Source: an uncultured delta proteobacterium (GTDB lineage: Bacteria; Myxococcota_A; Polyangia; Polyangiales; Polyangiaceae). From it: a stretch of DNA of 64,000 nucleotides. The DNA is taken from positions 64,001-128,000 of the forward strand of contig CAWAIF010000002.1 in the NCBI GenBank assembly GCA_963782055.1. Direction: 5' to 3'. The notes under the pieces were generated by a model, which worked only from the letters and a program-made list of their open reading frames with translations, had not been told where the DNA came from and ran no database searches. Of this stretch, positions 62,256 through 64,000 are shown in pieces. Each line of letters starts with the position of its first letter. The stretch's first letter is position 1. Both the position numbers and the translations under genes were made by a program.

Positions 62256-62383
62256 CGCGCCGAGCATACCCCAGCGCGTCCGGCCCCGAACCGCCGCGGC
62301 CCCAGGGCCGATACGCACGGCTGGGTCCGGTCGTTGAGGTCTGGCGCGGCGGCTCGTCCCGCGCTAACACCCCCGCCGGACCC

Positions 62384-63667
62384 ATGCCCCAGAAGTCAAA
62401 AGTCGCCATCCTCCGCACGAAGCCCGAGACCGTCCTCGCCGACTACCACCGCCTGATGAACCTGGCGGGTTATCAGGATGTCGTCGCCAAGGACGCCGAC
62501 ACCGGCCTGAAGGTCAACATCTCCTGGCACTTCTTCTACCCGGCGTCCTCCACGACGCCGTGGCAGCTGGAGGGCGTCATCGGCGCCATGGAGGAGGACG
62601 GCTACAAGCGCGACCTCATCCACGCCTGCCACAACCGCACCGTCGTCATCGACGCCCACCTGGGCGAGCGGGAAAACAAGCAGATCGATGTGGTGCAGGC
62701 CCACGGCCTGCGCAACGTGCACCTGTACGAGGGCGAGGAGTGGATCGACGTCCGCGATGCGGTGGGCGATCTCACCAAGAAGTTCCTCTGCCTCAACGAC
62801 GTCTACCCGAAGGGCTTCAGCATCCCGAAGCGCTTCATCGGGGAGAACATCATCCACCTGCCGACGGTGAAGACCCACATCTTCACCACGACGACAGGCG
62901 CGATGAAGAACGCCTTCGGCGGGCTGCTCAACGAGCACCGCCACTGGACCCACCCGGTCATCCACGAGACGCTGGTCGACCTCTTGATGATCCAGAAGAA
63001 GATCCACCGCGGGATCTTCGCGGTCATGGACGGCACCTTCGCCGGGGACGGCCCCGGCCCGCGCTGCATGATCCCGCACGTGAAGAACGTGCTGCTCGCC
63101 AGCTCCGATCAGGTCGCCATCGACGCCGTCGCCGCCAAGCTGATGGGCTTCGACCCCATGCGCGACTGCAAGTTCGTGCGCCTCGCGCACGAGCAGGGGC
63201 TCGGCACCGGCGACCCGCGCGACATCGAGATCGTCGGGGACGTGGACGCCGCCTCGCAGAGCTGGAACTTCGAGGGTCCGTTCAAGAACATGACCTTCGC
63301 CTCGCGCAACCAGCACCGCATCTACTGGGGCCCGCTGAAGAAGCCGGTGGAGTGGTCGCTCAAGACGTGGCTGGCGCCGTGGGCCTACGTGGCCAGCGTC
63401 ACCTACCACGACATGTTCTGGTACCCGTTCCACGGCAAGCCGCGCATCCAGGCGGCGCTGGAGAGCGAGTGGGGCCGCCTCTTCTCCAACTGGGGCAAGG
63501 TCCAGCGCACCAAGGAGGGCTTCCCCGAGGTGGGCGACGCGCACCCGGAGCTGGTGCGCATGGGCCTCAAGCACTTCATGGAGGGCAGCCGCCTGGTGGG
63601 CATGGCCGTCGCGGAGTCCCCGGAGATGAAGGCGCGCAAGCGCCGCCGGGAGATGGCTCACCCCTGA
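62384..63667 (+). CDS. DUF362 domain-containing protein (putative Fe-S)
   Basis: LKVNISW, TTPWQLEGVI, HLPTVKTH, TTGAMKNAFG, VMDGT..GDGPGP, DQVAIDAVAAKLMGFDP. Confidence 0.88.
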   Translation: MPQKSKVAILRTKPETVLADYHRLMNLAGYQDVVAKDADTGLKVNISWHFFYPASSTTPWQLEGVIGAMEEDGYKRDLIHACHNRTVVIDAHLGERENKQIDVVQAHGLRNVHLYEGEEWIDVRDAVGDLTKKFLCLNDVYPKGFSIPKRFIGENIIHLPTVKTHIFTTTTGAMKNAFGGLLNEHRHWTHPVIHETLVDLLMIQKKIHRGIFAVMDGTFAGDGPGPRCMIPHVKNVLLASSDQVAIDAVAAKLMGFDPMRDCKFVRLAHEQGLGTGDPRDIEIVGDVDAASQSWNFEGPFKNMTFASRNQHRIYWGPLKKPVEWSLKTWLAPWAYVASVTYHDMFWYPFHGKPRIQAALESEWGRLFSNWGKVQRTKEGFPEVGDAHPELVRMGLKHFMEGSRLVGMAVAESPEMKARKRRREMAHP

Positions 63668-63716
63668 CCTCACCCCCCGGCCCCCTCTCCCTACGAGGGA
63701 GAGGGGGAGAAGAGGG
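63661..63716. repeat. REP-like palindromic element between convergent genes (possible bidirectional terminator)
   Basis: CCTCACCCCCCGG followed by the 12-bp stem CCCCCTCTCCCT-ACG-AGGGAGAGGGGG (63681-63707); matches the widespread CCCTCACCC...CCTCTCCC..GGGAGAGGG repeat type. Confidence 0.65.
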
Positions 63717-63721
63717 GACGC

Positions 63722-64000
63722 TCAGGGCTTGGCGTAGATGCGGACCTGGCGGGCGGGGATGGTGACAGTGGGGCCCGTCGTCGGCGTGCCCGTGATGAGC
63801 TCGTTCAGCGCCTGCGACGGGAGGCCGCCGAGGGTCTTGTCGCTGTCGCCGCGGTTGATGGCGACCCACACCTGATCCTTCGGTGTCACCACGGTGAAGA
63901 GCCAGTGGTCGGCGCTGGAGCTGATGGTGGTGCGCAGGCCGTGGCGGATGGACTCGTGCGCGGCGCGGATGGCGAGCAGCGCCTTCACCCGGTCGTGCAG
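63722..64000 (-). CDS. C-terminal part of a GH13 alpha-amylase family protein (5' partial)
   Basis: KALLAIRAAHESIRHG...VWVAINRGD...TIPARQVRIY resembles the GH13 C-terminal beta domain, like the two paralogs in the window. Confidence 0.6.
   Translation of the reverse strand: MHDRVKALLAIRAAHESIRHGLRTTISSSADHWLFTVVTPKDQVWVAINRGDSDKTLGGLPSQALNELITGTPTTGPTVTIPARQVRIYAKP

Overview
Very GC-rich bacterial chromosome segment. It is most likely from a myxobacterium of the Polyangiaceae/Sorangiineae type, an inference from the MYXO-CTERM motif, the many DAG-repeat lipoproteins and the gene content. The window appears to contain the replication origin: a Bacillus-like basal unwinding site at about 27.31-27.56 kb sits directly upstream of dnaN-recF-gyrB, but there is no dnaA next to it, and two parS palindromes lie 12-13.5 kb away inside the zapA-bioF-bioD region. 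Housekeeping genes include pyrH, dapF, aroC, an aroK-aroB fusion, zapA, bioF, bioD and a kamA-like gene. Other loci are a non-canonical cytochrome c maturation operon (CcmF-CcmH fusion plus two CcmI-like proteins), a MoxR/DUF58/transglutaminase locus, an orphan SctQ/FliN-type gene with an internal start, and a tandem active/inactive DUF3857-transglutaminase pair. There are also ubiA-like, CPBP protease, sppA and transporter genes, and an alpha-glucan utilisation locus (GH15, GH13 x3, LamB-like porin). The most unusual item is a 1530-aa ORF in which a GH15-like enzyme ends in an INTERNAL MYXO-CTERM anchor that runs directly into a second lipoprotein signal peptide and a CBM48-GH13 enzyme, making it a candidate bacterial polyprotein processed by two sorting systems. 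Four clear +1 frameshifts, including one in essential dnaN, all fall at GATC sites, which suggests methylation-linked sequencing errors rather than pseudogenes. No rRNA, tRNA, CRISPR array or transposase was recognised. All family assignments come from motif recognition by eye, not database searches.
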